From Eledone cirrhosa (Eukaryota), in assembly GCA_964016885.1 (NCBI GenBank), contig OZ024743.1:197904001-197968000 (forward strand): DNA of 64,000 nt, written 5' to 3'. The position numbers and the translations under genes are program-made. The notes under the pieces are model-generated. The model saw only the letters and a list, made by a program, of their open reading frames with translations, did no database searches and had not been told where the DNA came from. Shown here piece by piece: positions 1 through 15,309 of this stretch. How positions within the stretch are numbered: the stretch's first letter is position 1; each line of letters opens with the position of its first letter.

Positions 1-206
1 TAGAAAAGTATTTTGATTCTCTTCCATAAACGATTTGTTCCACAAACAAAACACTGTATAAAGAAATCCATACAATAAAAAATATACAAATTAACAGCGT
101 TTATTCGAATAGAGGTTTAGATGAAATCGTAGATCAGTATATACATAAATATAATGTTATATATACATCAGACATTGCATATATTAACAATACATATTAA
201 CAATGT

Positions 207-281
207 ACAGAGTGTCCCCCAAAAATGTATACATACATCAACAGCATTTAATAAATATAAGTATACATTTTGGGGGGACAT
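207..281. mobile_element. Tiny Tc1/mariner-type MITE remnant
   Basis: TA-cagagtgtcccccaaaaatgtatac ... gtatacattttgggggaca imperfect terminal inverted repeats. Confidence 0.4.
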
Positions 282-959
282 TTTGGGAAAAACAACAACC
301 CATTATGAACACCATGGCATGTAAATCTGAGAAAATGTCACATATTAGGTACTCTCAGGTTTTCAGTAATAATCCCACCTAACGCTTATTAGTTTTTCAG
401 ATTTTTTCCAACTTATCCCCGCTTTTATCACCCTCCTGCTTAGTAAATTTTACTAATATATCTCCAGCGAAATTTTGTTGTAAGTGATTCTTATCGATAC
501 AGTAGGTGAAGAATCTAATAATAATTTTATTATACATTAAAAAACAACATTATATATGACAAAGAAAAAATAACATTACAAGAAATCCCATATTTATTAG
601 CTTACACTATACAATTACCGATTTCCCAGCCCCTCGATATTCCGACCCCGCCCTACTTTTAAGAATTTAAGCAAAAATCTACCCACCACCCGCTTATTCT
701 AAACCCACCTATGAGTATATAATTTATATAAATGGAAGTTGAAGACTTCACGGCTACAACTGTTACATGGGCCATACAAGTTCAACGGACTTACTATGGA
801 TCCTCAATAAGGAGCAATTGCAACTAGATACGCTGGACACGACAAAAACAAAGCTAGTTAGAAAAATATTAGCAGACAACGTTTCAATATTATATAGAAT
901 CACCCAACTACGTAAAAAAATCAACAAAAAAATTCGAAACGACAGGAGGTAAATCATGC

Positions 960-1210
960 AGCGACACATTCTCTAGTGGCAAGCTTTTGCAGTCTGCGAC
1001 TAACCCAGACTCTGCTGCACTTCGAGCCGAGGAGGTCAAACTCTCCATATATCGGTCTCTCTCCGACAGGTTTGCGGTCGAGCCCGTATCAGTGGAGACG
1101 TCTGGTGTCCTTGGCCCTACGGCCACCTCCTTGGCTACCTGCAGGTGTGAGTATCGCGAGCTGGAATGTCAACCTCACCATCCTCCTGGGAAACGCGTTC
1201 TCTATTCTTT
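960..1210 (+). mobile_element. CRE-clade non-LTR retrotransposon 3' fragment (restriction-like endonuclease region), degenerate
   Basis: ORF 987-1319 SAALRAEEVKLSIYRSLSDRFAVEPVSVETSGVLGP, plus GNAFSIL in another frame, match the CRE C-terminal pattern AE..K..KY..L....F.P.AVET.G..G ... RGNA. Confidence 0.7.
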
Positions 1211-1720
1211 CACGCTAATTTCATTATCATGTTGTTCCGGTGATCGAACAACTGGTACATTCATCGTCGAAACTGAAGAGGGACCATTCCATGTTGTTCT
1301 GCGTATATCGTTCTTATGACAAATGGATAGATATAAGTGGATGAACATGAAGATATAAAAGGTTTTACGTAATTCGCAATGGAGCTTTAGAAGCGCCGTC
1401 GTGACATATGGCATGATTTGGACATTTTAAAACTGACATACCCCATCTCCTCTCCAGTTGGGAACAACGAGAGACAGAGAAAGAGATTCAGAGAAAGGAA
1501 GTCAGAAAGAGAGAGATAAAGATAGAGACAGATAGAGAAAAAGCGATATGCATTTATATATATATGGTGTTATTAAATTAGACATGGCCTGGGACAATAC
1601 TGGCCGAAATCTATAATATATATATATAGAGAGAGAGAGGGAGAGAGGGAGAGAGGGAGAGATGGAGAGAGGGAGAGTGATAGAGAGAGAAAGAGAGCGA
1701 GAGAGATGGAGAAAATTGAC

Positions 1721-1850
1721 CATAGTACTAGGCTCGTATTTCTTTTATCAACCCCGAAATGCTGAAATGATGAAAGGCAAAGTTGATCTCAACTGAATTC
1801 GAACTGCAAAGTATTCTGTCCGACATTCTAACGACTCTGCCATTTGTCTG
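1721..1850 (-). mobile_element. tRNA-derived SINE, degenerate
   Basis: tttatcaaccccgaa..gatgaaaggcaaagttgatctc..aattcgaact, same family as 34841-35027. Confidence 0.6.
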
Positions 1851-2023
1851 ACTTATATAAATATATAAATGTGTAAATGGGTGCATGTGTCATTGTGAAT
1901 GGTACCATCACTTGTTAATAATTGTGTAAAAAAGAAACAACAGATCAGTAAATATGTGTTAATGTTTGCATGTTATCTGTGTTTATCTGAGAGTGCGTGA
2001 CACTGTATGTTTGCTTGTGCCTG

Positions 2024-2118
<95 letters not shown>

Positions 2119-2182
2119 GTATAAATATATATATACATATATATATATTTATATAAGTATATATATATATATATTTATATAC

Positions 2183-2235
<53 letters not shown>

Positions 2236-2726
2236 TGAGTCTGTGTATATATTATATTTGTGTGTGTCTGCGTCTTTACACGCTTATGGATTTCTGTGTG
2301 TATGTGTGTTTATGAAGGTCTGCTTGTATGTGTGACTGCGTGAGGTTTGAAACAATCTACGTATGTTTAAGCACAACCAGATGTCTTTATTTCTAACACC
2401 GCACTAGGTGGGCGAGAATCCGATATATACAACAACAAAATTCGTGCACCGACTCACACGCCCTCAGCTACTGATCCGAATCCCAATGACAATATAGACC
2501 TGAGTGATCAGCTGGGGGAAAACAGAGCGGGGAGGTGTAGAAATGGATAAACTATGACTCAGTGTGTAGGCGTTCTGATAGAAAGAAGCGGCTGCATAAC
2601 TCCACGTCCTGCTCTCATTCAACGACTATCTCTTTCGTTGGGCCATTTTTTTCTCCTTTCTTCCTTTTGTTTTATGTTGTTTTTGTTATTGTTGGTATTA
2701 TTATTCCTTGTGGCCAATAAAGAAAC

Positions 2727-2779
<53 letters not shown>

Positions 2780-3467
2780 TATTGTTATTATCATTCTTCC
2801 TCTTATAATTTTGTTTTAATCTCTTTATCTGTATAACTCTAGTATATAAATCATCTTATATTGTTGATTCTAAAGTTAGAAAAGGAGTGTATATGAGGTT
2901 GTTACCTACTTTTACCTCTCATGTTTATCCCTTCACTAATCATTTATCCGTTATTTTTTCAGATAGATCCAGTCACATTTCCAACCAGACTGGAAAGAAT
3001 TAACCTACAAAGATTTCTGTTCGAATCTGTCTCAAGGATTCAAGAAAAGCTCGTTGGCTGGGTGGTCGATTGGGTGGTTCGATCGTTGGCTGGTTGAATG
3101 AAGGACAGAGACCATGTATTCGATGTGTTGTTGTGTTGGTATTGTTGTTTTTATTGCTGGTACTGGGCTACCAATACAATATAACAAAGCATACCCAAGC
3201 ATAAACAACAACAATAATAATAACAAGAGCAGATGTACACATATGTCATGTTTCACTTATGTCTTCTGACGTTGTTATTTTTTTAATAAATATCCTGTCA
3301 CGGAACTTTCACACTCACACACACACACATGTATATATATATATATGGAGAGAAAGATAAATATATATATATATATACACACACACGAACAAACATCCAT
3401 GCACATGCAAACACATACAAACATCCGCACACATATGTACACGCACGCACACACACTCTCTCTCTCT

Positions 3468-3517
<50 letters not shown>

Positions 3518-4319
3518 TAAAAATTCATATGCACAAATACATACACATACATACATTACAGACAGCGACACACAAATACATTCATACCTATATACATACA
3601 TACAAAATATATACATACATACGGTCATACATACATAGATAAATACAAACATACAAACATATATACAAACACACATACACGCATGTATACATACAAATAT
3701 ACATACATACATACATACATACGGTCATACATACATACGTACTTACATACGTACAAACATACAAACACACATGCACACATATGTGTGCATACGCACATAC
3801 ATTCATACAACCATACATATATATATACATACATATATACTGACATATATATTTATACTTTCACAGACGAATGAAGTAATAAAAAAATAAAAAATAAAAA
3901 GTGAAAATGCAAAACAAATAAAAAAAAACACGTAAAAAGCAAAACAAAAAATAACACATAGCTTAAGAGAAAATAGGGAGAAGAAGTGGAGCCTTGCTGA
4001 TAATTATGGGGCACACTGATAAACAGGGAGAATAAGATGGTGTGATGAACTCCTATAATAAATAAAACAACAAGGGAAGCAGAAGAAAAGAAGTCAGTAT
4101 AGGGTGGATAGTCGGGTGAGTTGATGGGGTTGTTATATAGAAGAATAATGTGTTAGATATGATAGGGGTTATGAGGAGGTGGAGTGTGGTGGTGGACCAG
4201 AGATGAATAAAAGGAAAAAGCAAAATGAAAAAAATGAATAACTAATAAGGAGTATATTACATGTTGGTCTGTTATCTACCTGATACTCTTATCTATTACA
4301 CACACACACACACGCACAC

Positions 4320-4385
<66 letters not shown>

Positions 4386-4540
4386 GTATATATATATATA
4401 TATATATACATTCCCACACACACTCGTGCGCACACACACACATATATATATGTGTATGTGTGTGTGTGTGCGTGCGTGTGCGCGTGTGTGTGAATGTGTG
4501 TGTATATATATCTATCTATGTGTGTGTGAGTGTGTGTGTG

Positions 4541-4688
4541 TAAAGGCCAGACGAAAAGGAAGGATAAAGAATCAAGGGAGAAAAACGTAAGATAAAGTAA
4601 AATGAAATGAATAAAATGTAATAATTAAGAAAAAATAAGTAACTAAGAAATACACCCACAAGAAAATAGAATGATCAAATACGTATAT

Positions 4689-4768
<80 letters not shown>

Positions 4769-4930
4769 TACATGCATATATATATATATGTATTTGATCA
4801 TTCTATTTAATGTGGGTGTATTTCTTAGTTATTTATTTTTTCTTAATCATTACATTTTATTCATTTCATTTTACTTTATCTTACGTTTTTCTCCCTTGAT
4901 TCTTTATCCTTCCTTTTCGTCTGGCCTTTA
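4541..4930. repeat. ~140-bp inverted repeat with central (TA)n
   Basis: 4541-4682 (taaaggccagacgaaaagg...tgatcaaatac) is the near-exact reverse complement of 4790-4930. Confidence 0.85.
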
Positions 4931-5017
4931 TCATATATACTTCTTAAAAGATGTCAGCCTGTCACGACAATGATCTATCCAAAAAAAGAAGAGATGAACT
5001 GAACTGTACAATTGACA

Positions 5018-5089
<72 letters not shown>

Positions 5090-8000
5090 TAATAATGAAA
5101 ATAACAATAAAATAAAATAACATAAAAGTAGAAATAAATATATAAATATTTAAAGGAAAATGCAACACATCTACAGACAAATAAGTGAATTATTTTATCT
5201 TGGTATCCAAATATTCTTCCTGGCTTGCTGGCACATTCCATTGTCATAAATAGTAAAGAATTTAAATGAATGTTTTCAAACGTGAGAATGTTAGAAAGTA
5301 TTCTTGTTTAACCCCAGGCCAAATAGGATCGAGTAGACCAACAGTCAAAACTTTCTAGCAGTGACCATCCCATCTTTTTTTTTTTTTTTCAAGCATGGTG
5401 TTAATCCACATAATGTCAACACTTGTTTTGGGGTTTAAGTTATTCTGATCCGTTTCTGTCTTTGTTGCTGCTCTTACTGTTGTTATTTTCGGTGCCGTTG
5501 CTGTTGTTTTTATTTTTGTTGCTTAGCTCCAGATTAAGCCTATTTCAGAGTAGATGTATGGCCAGAAACCATATAATGACAATCCCGTATTTCTAGGAGT
5601 TTCTCAGACTAAAGTATCTAACATGTTCTCTCTGTTTCTAAAGTGGTTCGTGTTTCTTCAAGGAAATGTGGCCGCTATTTCTAACTAGACCAGCTACCAT
5701 GTAGGGGTTTCTATATTGGCTTATTTTTTCGATTTTTTAAGACAGTAGGATTATGATTTGAGGGCGAATTGGCTGCTGTTTCTAACAGATCTACGAATCA
5801 AGTAGAGCCTTCTTCACCGACAAAACATTATGAATCTAGTTTCTCGAAGATGGCCTTGAACATTCCACATCACAGACATTGATCTTATTGGCACAGACGC
5901 TTCATATTATACAACCATTAACGTATAATATCTTCACTCCTATACATTTCTTAATCGATACACAGACAACCCTTTCATATTTAATAATTTCCTCAGCCTT
6001 TATCAAACTACAACCACCTCTACACGTATGACATTTTAAAAAATTCTAAAAAGCAAAGTTCACCTAGCCAGGATATGAACTTAGAACCTAAACGTATGTA
6101 ACTAAATATTGAAAACCTTTACCTCGATCTACCATCAGGTAGTCCGATATCGATGCATAATTCAAGACCTTTTAGCGAATGGTAATGATGAATATTCAAT
6201 ATAATTGACGCCAATATTTGATTCATGCTTATTTTATTGACCTCGGTAGGATGAAAAGTAACATCAACCTCGGTGGGTTTTGAACTAGGAAACGTAAATA
6301 AGAAAAAAAAAAAAAATAAATAAATACCACAAAGCATTTTTTTCAGTGCTTCACCATTCCTGTCAGTCCATCGCACAGAATTAATCCACATAATGTCAAC
6401 ACTCATTTATTTATTTTTGTCGCTGGTAAGTAAATTATCCATAATTGGAGCCACTGAAAGACGACGTTTAGCAGATAGAGGCTGTGTAAAAAAAAAAAAG
6501 GAAAAAAAAAAAGAACAGAATCTGCCGTAATTTTAAGACAAAAAGCAGTAGAAAGAAATAGAGGATATAGAGGAAAGAGAAGGGTAGGGGACATTTATAT
6601 ATAAGATAATGAGGAAGAAGTGCTATAAGGCATTAGATATCGGTCAATGGTATCTAGTCCCTGCATGAGACCTAAGATTGACTTACTATTCATTAAGTAG
6701 CCAACGAAAAAGGTTATCTTCATCTGGACAGCTTTATCTTTGTGAGTTTGCCAGGAACATCTGCGGTGTGCTTCATAAGGGTTTGGTGATATGAAGAAAA
6801 GTAGCAGAAAGTTTTATCAAAAACATCACTCAATCTCTGAGAAATCTTAGAATGCAGTGAGGCGTGAAGAAACGTTGTCACAAAGAATGACTCCCATTGA
6901 TCATAAAGTTTATGATTTTTATATTAACTGATTTCTCCGATATAGAAAGACCTACCTTCTATATTTACATCAGCTCCAGCAATCTGGATTATCGTACTGA
7001 AATTATTATATTACTGCTTACCGAAATCACCCCCTTTATTTTAACTCTGCTCTTTGTTTCACATAACTTCTCCTTCTCCCCTATCTCTGTCCACCCTCTC
7101 TCTCACTCTTTCTTTCTCTCTCTCTCTTCCTCTCTATTTTTCTCTGTCTTTCTTTCACTCACACACACGCAAACACATCTCTCACTCATACACACATACC
7201 TACACTAATACATCCTCTGTGCCCCTCTTTCTTTCCATCTTTTTTCTCACTCCCTTCCTCTCTCTCTGTCTATCTCTCACTCACAGACGCAAAATCAGCT
7301 CTCCTTGTCTCAAAGACACACACACGTATACATACACACTAATATATACACTCCTATCCGCAGAGCAATGTGACATATTAATTTACAGCCCTTCTCTATT
7401 ATTTTTTAACACAACTATATACACACATAACATTTCCTCATACGCGCATTATCGTCTATGTACAGAAATACGATGAGTCGTTAAAGTTTATGACAAAATT
7501 CCATGTCATATTTGTCATATTTGTTTCGACTCTCCATTCATTAAGTTTAAATATCACCGAGGTAATTGAAATTAATTAATAGCCCGGCGTGGTGGATTAG
7601 TGGAATTATTAGAGCAACAGACGAGACGTCTTGCAGCAATTGTTCCGGCACCTTGTGTTCTGTGTTTAAAACCAAATGTGGCCTGTTTAGGTGGGAGAAA
7701 TTAACTTAATACATCATTAAGTTTAACACCAGCACCTAGCACTTTGGAGCCCTTAGCGGTATCAGCTCTGTTGCAAACATTGATAAAACAGTAAAAAAAA
7801 AAATACTCTCTTTAAATCTTCCTTTCTGACAAATACATCTAATTACAGATTCATGTTTATGCCCACCCCAACCACTTACTCGCTGGAAAAATACTTGCAA
7901 ACAAACTAACCGAGAGAAATTACTCAGACATTACACAAATATTATAAACAAGATCTTAAAACGAGAGTTAAAACTATGTAAACATCTAAACCCTTCAATC

Positions 8001-8612
8001 TAGGATACACATAATCAACCAGACGAATATGCACTCACACCGACACCCACGCAACCACAAACAGAAGAAGATCCATATCACAGTCAAGTTTAGATATATT
8101 ATGGATGACAGATTTAGTCAGAGAATCTTTGTTGAGTCTACAGGCGCCCCAATTTGATGATCACTTTTGTTCTTGCTATGGCCATGTTGATGAGATTTTC
8201 TAAGGTTTCGTGCAGAAGGCTGCTTAACAAGTCTAATAACTTATAGCCAACATTTAGGGCCTTTAAGGACAGCTAGTATTCAACAACAACATCTCTCCTG
8301 GTAGATGGTGTAAGTGGATCTTGTGGGGACTGGAGAATTTAATCATTTCGACTTGCATGAGCAACAAGCCGGTATGGTAGAGATCGATTTAAGAAAAGTA
8401 ATAGTCAACTGGAGGTTCAGATTCGCAATTGAAAACAACAAGGGAGTGACAAGGGGAGATGCTCTACATCGGCCTAGGAGACATTGTAGCAGAAGTGACA
8501 CATCAACAGTTGGATCTTTGGCTAGCCTCGGTGGACAAATGAAGCCTGGCTTGGATACTAGCATGTGTGTGTATGTGTGTGTGTTATCATACGTCCGTAC
8601 GAAGCTAAGAGG

Positions 8613-8657
<45 letters not shown>

Positions 8658-9176
8658 TAAAAGAGTGCGTGTGTGCTTGTAAGTACGAAGCTGTGAGCAA
8701 GATTGTGTGAATATATGTGTGAATATGTATACAACAAACACACATAGCGTATAGACATAGCTATACACACGAACCCAAACCTATATGCAAACGCATACAC
8801 ATCCTCACTCGCATACACACACACAAACACACACACACCTTCACTCACACACACACATACATACACACACTTAACCGTTATCGTAAAAAAAAACACAATC
8901 ATTTTGAAGATGATAGAATGAAGCAATTTTATGTGTTTATCTGAAGTGTGTCTTTATCATTGGTGTTTTTTGTTGAAGCGAATAACACAGTATGTCACCT
9001 TGATACCTCATAATTGGTTACTTCTCTAACATACATTACTCAGTCAAGGGATCATGACGTTGAATTACTGTCAACCTTATCTCCAACACACCAACTGAAC
9101 CGTGTCCTAACTACTACTATTACTATTACTACTGCTACTACTGCTACTGGTGCTGCTGCTACTGGTGTTACTACTG

Positions 9177-9220
<44 letters not shown>

Positions 9221-9264
9221 GCTGCTACTACTACTACTACTACTAATACTATTACTAATCGTAA

Positions 9265-9790
9265 GAATTGTTTCTACTTTTGGCACAAGGCCAGCAATTA
9301 CCCAGTACATTACTGGTAATTTATTTTATCGACCCCGTAAGGATAAAAGGCAAAGTTAACCTCGACGGGATTTGAACTCAGACTCTATGCTGCAAAACAT
9401 GGTTTCTGACACTCTACCGATTCTACCAATCCACCGAATAATAATAATGTTTTTTTTTTATATAGGCACAAGGCCAGCAATTTTGGGGAGGGGAAAGTCG
9501 ATTAAATCGACCCAGTGCGTTACTGGTACTTTATTGTATCGACCTCGTAAGTATGAAAGGCAAGGCTCACCTCGGCGGGATTTGAACTCATAACGTATTT
9601 ATTTTAGCACAAGACCTACAATTTTTGGGGAGAGGAAAGTCAATTAAATCGACCCCAGTGCGTCACAGGTACTTTATATTATCGACCCCTTAAGGATGAA
9701 AGGCAAATTTAACCTCGGTGGGATTCGAACTCACAACTTAGAAAGTCGTAAATAAATAGCACACAATATTTTGTTCAATGATCCAGCGGT
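9265..9790 (-). mobile_element. Cluster of three tRNA-SINE copies
   Basis: Three repeats of gcacaag..., ttttatcgaccc.gtaaggatgaaaggcaaag..., gggatt(t/c)gaactca (B-box on - strand). Confidence 0.8.
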
Positions 9791-10344
9791 TCTCCAATTC
9801 AATTGCATTTAATGATTTATAATTTAGACACAAGGTCATTAATTTAAGGAACTCGATTAAATCAGTCTCAGAACTTGACATGCATTATGTTAGCAAACAC
9901 AGAAGAAAAGGAGACAAAGATAACGTTAATAGGTTTTAAACAAAGAACTTATAGACTCTTAATAAATACTACATAGTATTTTGTACGAATTTATAAATCC
10001 TTGGTTGCTAATTTAAGTACAAGGGAAGTAAATTTAGGAGAGGATAATAATCGGTTACATCGATATCAGTACTTGACTGGTATATTAAGAGATTTAACTG
10101 TAAGTATGTGTTAAAAAAAAATTAACGCATAACTATAAGAAACCTCAACGTATTTTTGACCCTATTAATGTTGTACTTTCACCCCATTAATTTTGCACTT
10201 TGACCCCATTAATTTTGTACTTTGACCATTCCTTTTTGTTGTTGCTGTTTTTATTTGTATTTTTGTTACCAGTGTCCGACCTGGATTTGATTTACTTCGA
10301 TAAAATTTACGTTTGTTTACCTGATTATTTCCACTACATCCCTC

Positions 10345-10428
<84 letters not shown>

Positions 10429-10849
10429 TGCACATACACTCACATGCTCACACACATGTTTACCTGATTATTTCCACTACATCCCTCAAGACACACATAC
10501 ACACATACACACACACACTCACACGTGTTTATATATATTATAAATTCTTTGATAACACAAGAACGAGCATAATTTACGTTTAATACCTAATTCCTTGAGT
10601 TAATGCTCAGGTTATGATATATTTATATATCGGTAGTGACCTCATTTATGTTTAATAAAACACATTAACTTGTACTTTCCCAGAATGTCAAGTAATAATA
10701 AGAGGAAAGAGAAGAGGAGGAGAGACCTCAAATAACATCTATCGTTGTCTTATCAAGTGAGCGTGCGTTGATATTCTCCCTCTTTCATTCATTGCCTCCA
10801 CCTTGCTCGCTCTCCCAACTCTCACTATTATATGCAAATGAGAGCCCAC

Positions 10850-11130
10850 GCGCTGGCCGCTCCGCGGTCCCGGCAGACAGAATAGAGAAGGCGTTTGCCC
10901 AGGGGATGGTAAGGTAGACGCGCTGGAAGAGCCATTCCAGCTCGCGAGGTTAACACCTGCGGGTAGCCAACTCCATGCCGATGGTGGTGAGTAGGGAAAT
11001 GGTCCACTGCTTCTGGCTCGACCATAAATCTGTCGGAAGTGACCCGTATTTGGAGAGTTTACCTTCCTCGGATTGGTCGCAGACTGCACCAGGTTGCCAC
11101 CGGAGAAAGTATCGCTGCAGGTAGAATCCC
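10850..11130 (-). mobile_element. CRE-clade LINE 3' fragment
   Basis: EEGKLSKYGSLPTD and RELEWLFQRVYLTIPWANAFSIL-like translation; homologous to 960-1210. Confidence 0.6.
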
Positions 11131-11222
11131 AGATGAGGGCTTATATGCACTATTTTTCATAGTAAAAATTTCGCATTGTGACCCGTAACTGTACGTTATA
11201 TTATATAATATATACATACATA

Positions 11223-11268
<46 letters not shown>

Positions 11269-11979
11269 AACTTAAATTAAGGGTGTCATGTCCAAGAGAC
11301 ATGCACCATATCCACTGTAGAATATGCTCAAAGATTCCAATGAATAGAAATTTATTGACATATATATATATATCTAAAATAAACATATGAATCAATCACG
11401 CGGAATAATTTCTAAAAGTGTGTAAGCACACACAGCTAGGTAGGTAACTAATTAAAGTTTAACTACAACTTTAAATATAGATACCTTTTAAAATGATTAA
11501 TCTTCCTTGTATATATTTCATTAATGAAATATATTTCACCATCAATCGATCGGTAAACCACAGTAGCCAAATCACGGATTTTCAACAAGGGAGAAGATTT
11601 AACTATCTGTGTTTACATAGCAAATTCAAATCTTTTACAGATTATATATGTATATATATATATATCAATGATATTAATAAATGGAAACTATCCTCATTAG
11701 CATATTCATCCTATGATTTGAAGTTCTTCACTATTCAAACAGAATTCAAAACGTTAAGTTCTAGTTTTGAACATGTCACTATCTGTAAATCAATTTTTGT
11801 ATTTTATCTGAAAATGTTGGTATCCTTGAAATATATATAATAAAATAAATATGCTTTTATAAAGATAGTTTCCATTTATTAATATCATTGATATTATACT
11901 CCAGAAGAATAGTGTAGAGTGCTTCTAATCTGTTATAAACTAAATTTGTTGAATAATCAACAAATAAAATAACTCATTG

Positions 11980-12018
<39 letters not shown>

Positions 12019-12425
12019 GCATGTGTGTGTGTGTGTAGGTGAGTGTGTGTCAGTGTATGTGTATGTGTGAGTGTGTGCGTGAGTATGTATTATGTATGTA
12101 TGTATATTTTGTGTGTATGGATGTATATGTTTGCGTGTGACATATGGTGGAGATTATTCGGTGAAAACCACTTCTAGCGTGCAAGTTCTAAAGATCTTGT
12201 AATTATTGATACTGTTGATGGAGAAATAAAGAAAGGAAATACAGTTAAATCATAAGACAGTTCCTGCAAGATCTGGAATAAAGAATGGTTTGGTGGAGTA
12301 ATGGAAGGAACGAATCTTATCAACACAGTTGTCATTGGTAAGTAAGATTCTGTTTTTTTCGGTCATGTTTCATGGTCGTCCTTCTTTCTCCCTTACTTGT
12401 ACTTGTAACAATATGTATCTTTTGT

Positions 12426-12632
<207 letters not shown>

Positions 12633-12934
12633 CGAGGGAATAAGATTTGTTCATTTAGCTATTAGTCACAATGCTTCATCACTTTCCGTTTTTTAACGTC
12701 TGGTAAATATCAGATATTTATCCACTAAGTAAAACTGGAAGCAAACATGAAGAGTATTTATCGGGTGAATAGCTCCAATGGCTATTTGATCAAATACAAT
12801 CATATCAAGTAATTATACCATGTAATAAACTTTCGCTTAAATTATTCTGTTATTGTCTTATTTCGGTTAGTTTGTTGTACGCTAATGTCTTCTTCTTCTT
12901 CTTCTTCTTCTTCTTCTTCTTCTTCTTCTTCTTG

Positions 12935-13265
12935 CTCGCCGAGTCCGGGGTCCTCCTAAGCCAGCAATCCCAAAACGTCAACGTGGGTAAAGCCGGCCAG
13001 GTCCATCAGCGCTCTCCATGGTTGCCCCATCATCCGACTATTATGCGGGGGGGGGGGGGGCAACAACCCGCTCAAGAGGACCATCAACCTGTTACGAAAC
13101 CGACTAGAAGAAACCAGACAGCCCGACACGAGTGGCTACGTAATTTAAACCAGCGTCCGAGCTGTAATGTATCTTCAAACGCGTCTCCCTCACTATCCTC
13201 CAGGGAAACGCCTTCTCTATTCTGTCCACCGGGGCCACGAGGCGTTCATCAGGTGAGCCCACATT
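12935..13265 (+). mobile_element. CRE-clade LINE 3' fragment next to (TTC)n
   Basis: 3' end ctcactatcctccagggaaacgccttctctattctgtc..gagcccacatttg matches the ends of the 960 and 10850 copies. Confidence 0.55.
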
Positions 13266-13896
13266 TGTGAGAGTTAGGGAGAGCGAGAGAGATGGACGCA
13301 GTGACGATGGAACTTTATTTCCTTTATGTTTGGACATTGTGTATATGTATATATTTATTTACCGCTTCACCAGTAAACACTATTTATACCTGTGTTAGGA
13401 AATAGTTGCTTGAATACGTTTTATTTCCTATTTTCCTTCTATGTAAAGCTAGATATATAGTTAATTGTACACATATAAATGGGTACAAGTTAACTGCCAT
13501 GATACTAGAGTATATATACTCGTTTAGAAATACTATTAAAAAAAATAAATTCATTTTACACTTCCGTAATGAATATTTATATAAACTTAAGTTAGAAGTA
13601 GTGGTCTAAGATTTGATGCGTTATAAATAGTAGATTTATATCGTACATAAAATACAGATTACATTCCAATTCATTAGTTATAAGCTGGCATTCCTTCCTT
13701 ATATTAAGGTGATTATGTATTGATTTCTATCTTAGGCAGAAACCTAGCAAATTTTCGGAGAATATAATTGATTAATCAACCCCATTACTTGATAGTGCGT
13801 TAATTTATCGACCACGTAGAATGATAATCAAAGTTGAGCTCAGCGGAATTTGACCATCTACCATTCTTCCAACCCGCCTCTTTCAAGATGGATATA

Positions 13897-14094
13897 CGAG
13901 GCTCGGTTGAAAGGTTCATAGGATGACCAATATACTTTCATGGAAAGATTAAATGAGGTTTATTTTTCAACATAGTCCCTGTAAAGGAACAATATTGTTA
14001 TTAATAAGAAGATTTGAAATTAATGCATGCAAACTTTAAAAGCACTAGCATGAATCGTTCATAGTCAGTCTATGAAATTTTCAACCAACCCTTG
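13897..14094. mobile_element. Mariner-type MITE
   Basis: TA|cgaggctcggttgaaaggttcatagg ... ctatgaaattttcaaccaacccttg|TA imperfect TIRs with TA duplication. Confidence 0.65.
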
Positions 14095-15309
14095 TACAAA
14101 GTACAACGATCATTACATTATTGCGAGGCTCAGTTCAAGTCCTAAATTTATGCCAGTTTTAAATTTAACCTGATCATTGATATTCTAATCACTGACAAAC
14201 TGGTGGTATCATTATATCGTCTGTTTAAATGATTCAATGTTTGTTCAGGCTCACTGCACTCTTCAAAACCTTCCGAAGTAAACTGTGCCTTATGTTATTT
14301 TGAGGTTGATAAATAAAGTATCGGTCTAATAGCGAAGTGACAGAATTTTTAGAGTCGGATAGCATGCTTTGTTTGCTCTTCGAGATATGATTTTAAATTC
14401 CACATTGTGAAGCCGTAAGTTGGGAGGGAGTATCAGAGATCGAAAGATTAATAGAAACATTGATATCTTGACTGGATCTGACTTCTTTTCTTTGTGATAT
14501 TCTAACTAAATTACTTAAGATCATTTGTTCAACAAATACGGGACAGAACTCCGGACATCTGATAGCTTTATAATGAATATAACAGAAGCTCACTCAGCAC
14601 GCTATTTCCGAGGTAAAACTGTCGTAATTAAAGGGAAACTATCATATTATAAATGTGGGTGTCCACTGTCTATTATAATGTTAATATCATTATGTATAAT
14701 ACTATTTTCAAAGAAACTGGGATTATCTACTATGTATAATCTTTATATATATAAAAGAGAGGTTGTGTGTGTGTGTCTGTGTACAACTTTGCATGCATAA
14801 GGCTTTCACAATTACCAACTGAATTTGACCAAATTTTCTGTGCACGTTGCACAGGTCACTAAAATTGTCACATCAGAAACATTTTTCAAATCGACCCACG
14901 TTGAGCAATAAAAAATCGATATCAAAATTATCGGTAGAAAAATTGATGTAAGGAAGATAACAAACTTTATTGACAATCCTTATAAAAAAGGGAGATAACC
15001 TTTTCACCGAATATGCCTCGTAAAATAAAGTATGCGCATATTGGCTATCGGTCGAAGAAAACAATGCGTGTAAATGACGCTCCGCCGATAACCGAAAATA
15101 GACAATCACTAAATGCGGTGAGTACAGTTATTGCAACATCTTTGTCCGCCGCTGAGCGTCGGTTAGTGCGGCGAACCATTAATGCTAAAGCACGATCTGC
15201 AGAGACTACAGAGCAACGTGAAACACGCCTTGCTATGGATGCTACAGATACTGCTGCAGCAAGATCTGCAGAGACAGTACAAAATATGAAAGGCAGCAAC
15301 TTTTATCTC

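Noticed and set aside
12140-12345. Possible host exon ending at a gtaagt donor
   Set aside because: No supported acceptor or recognisable peptide
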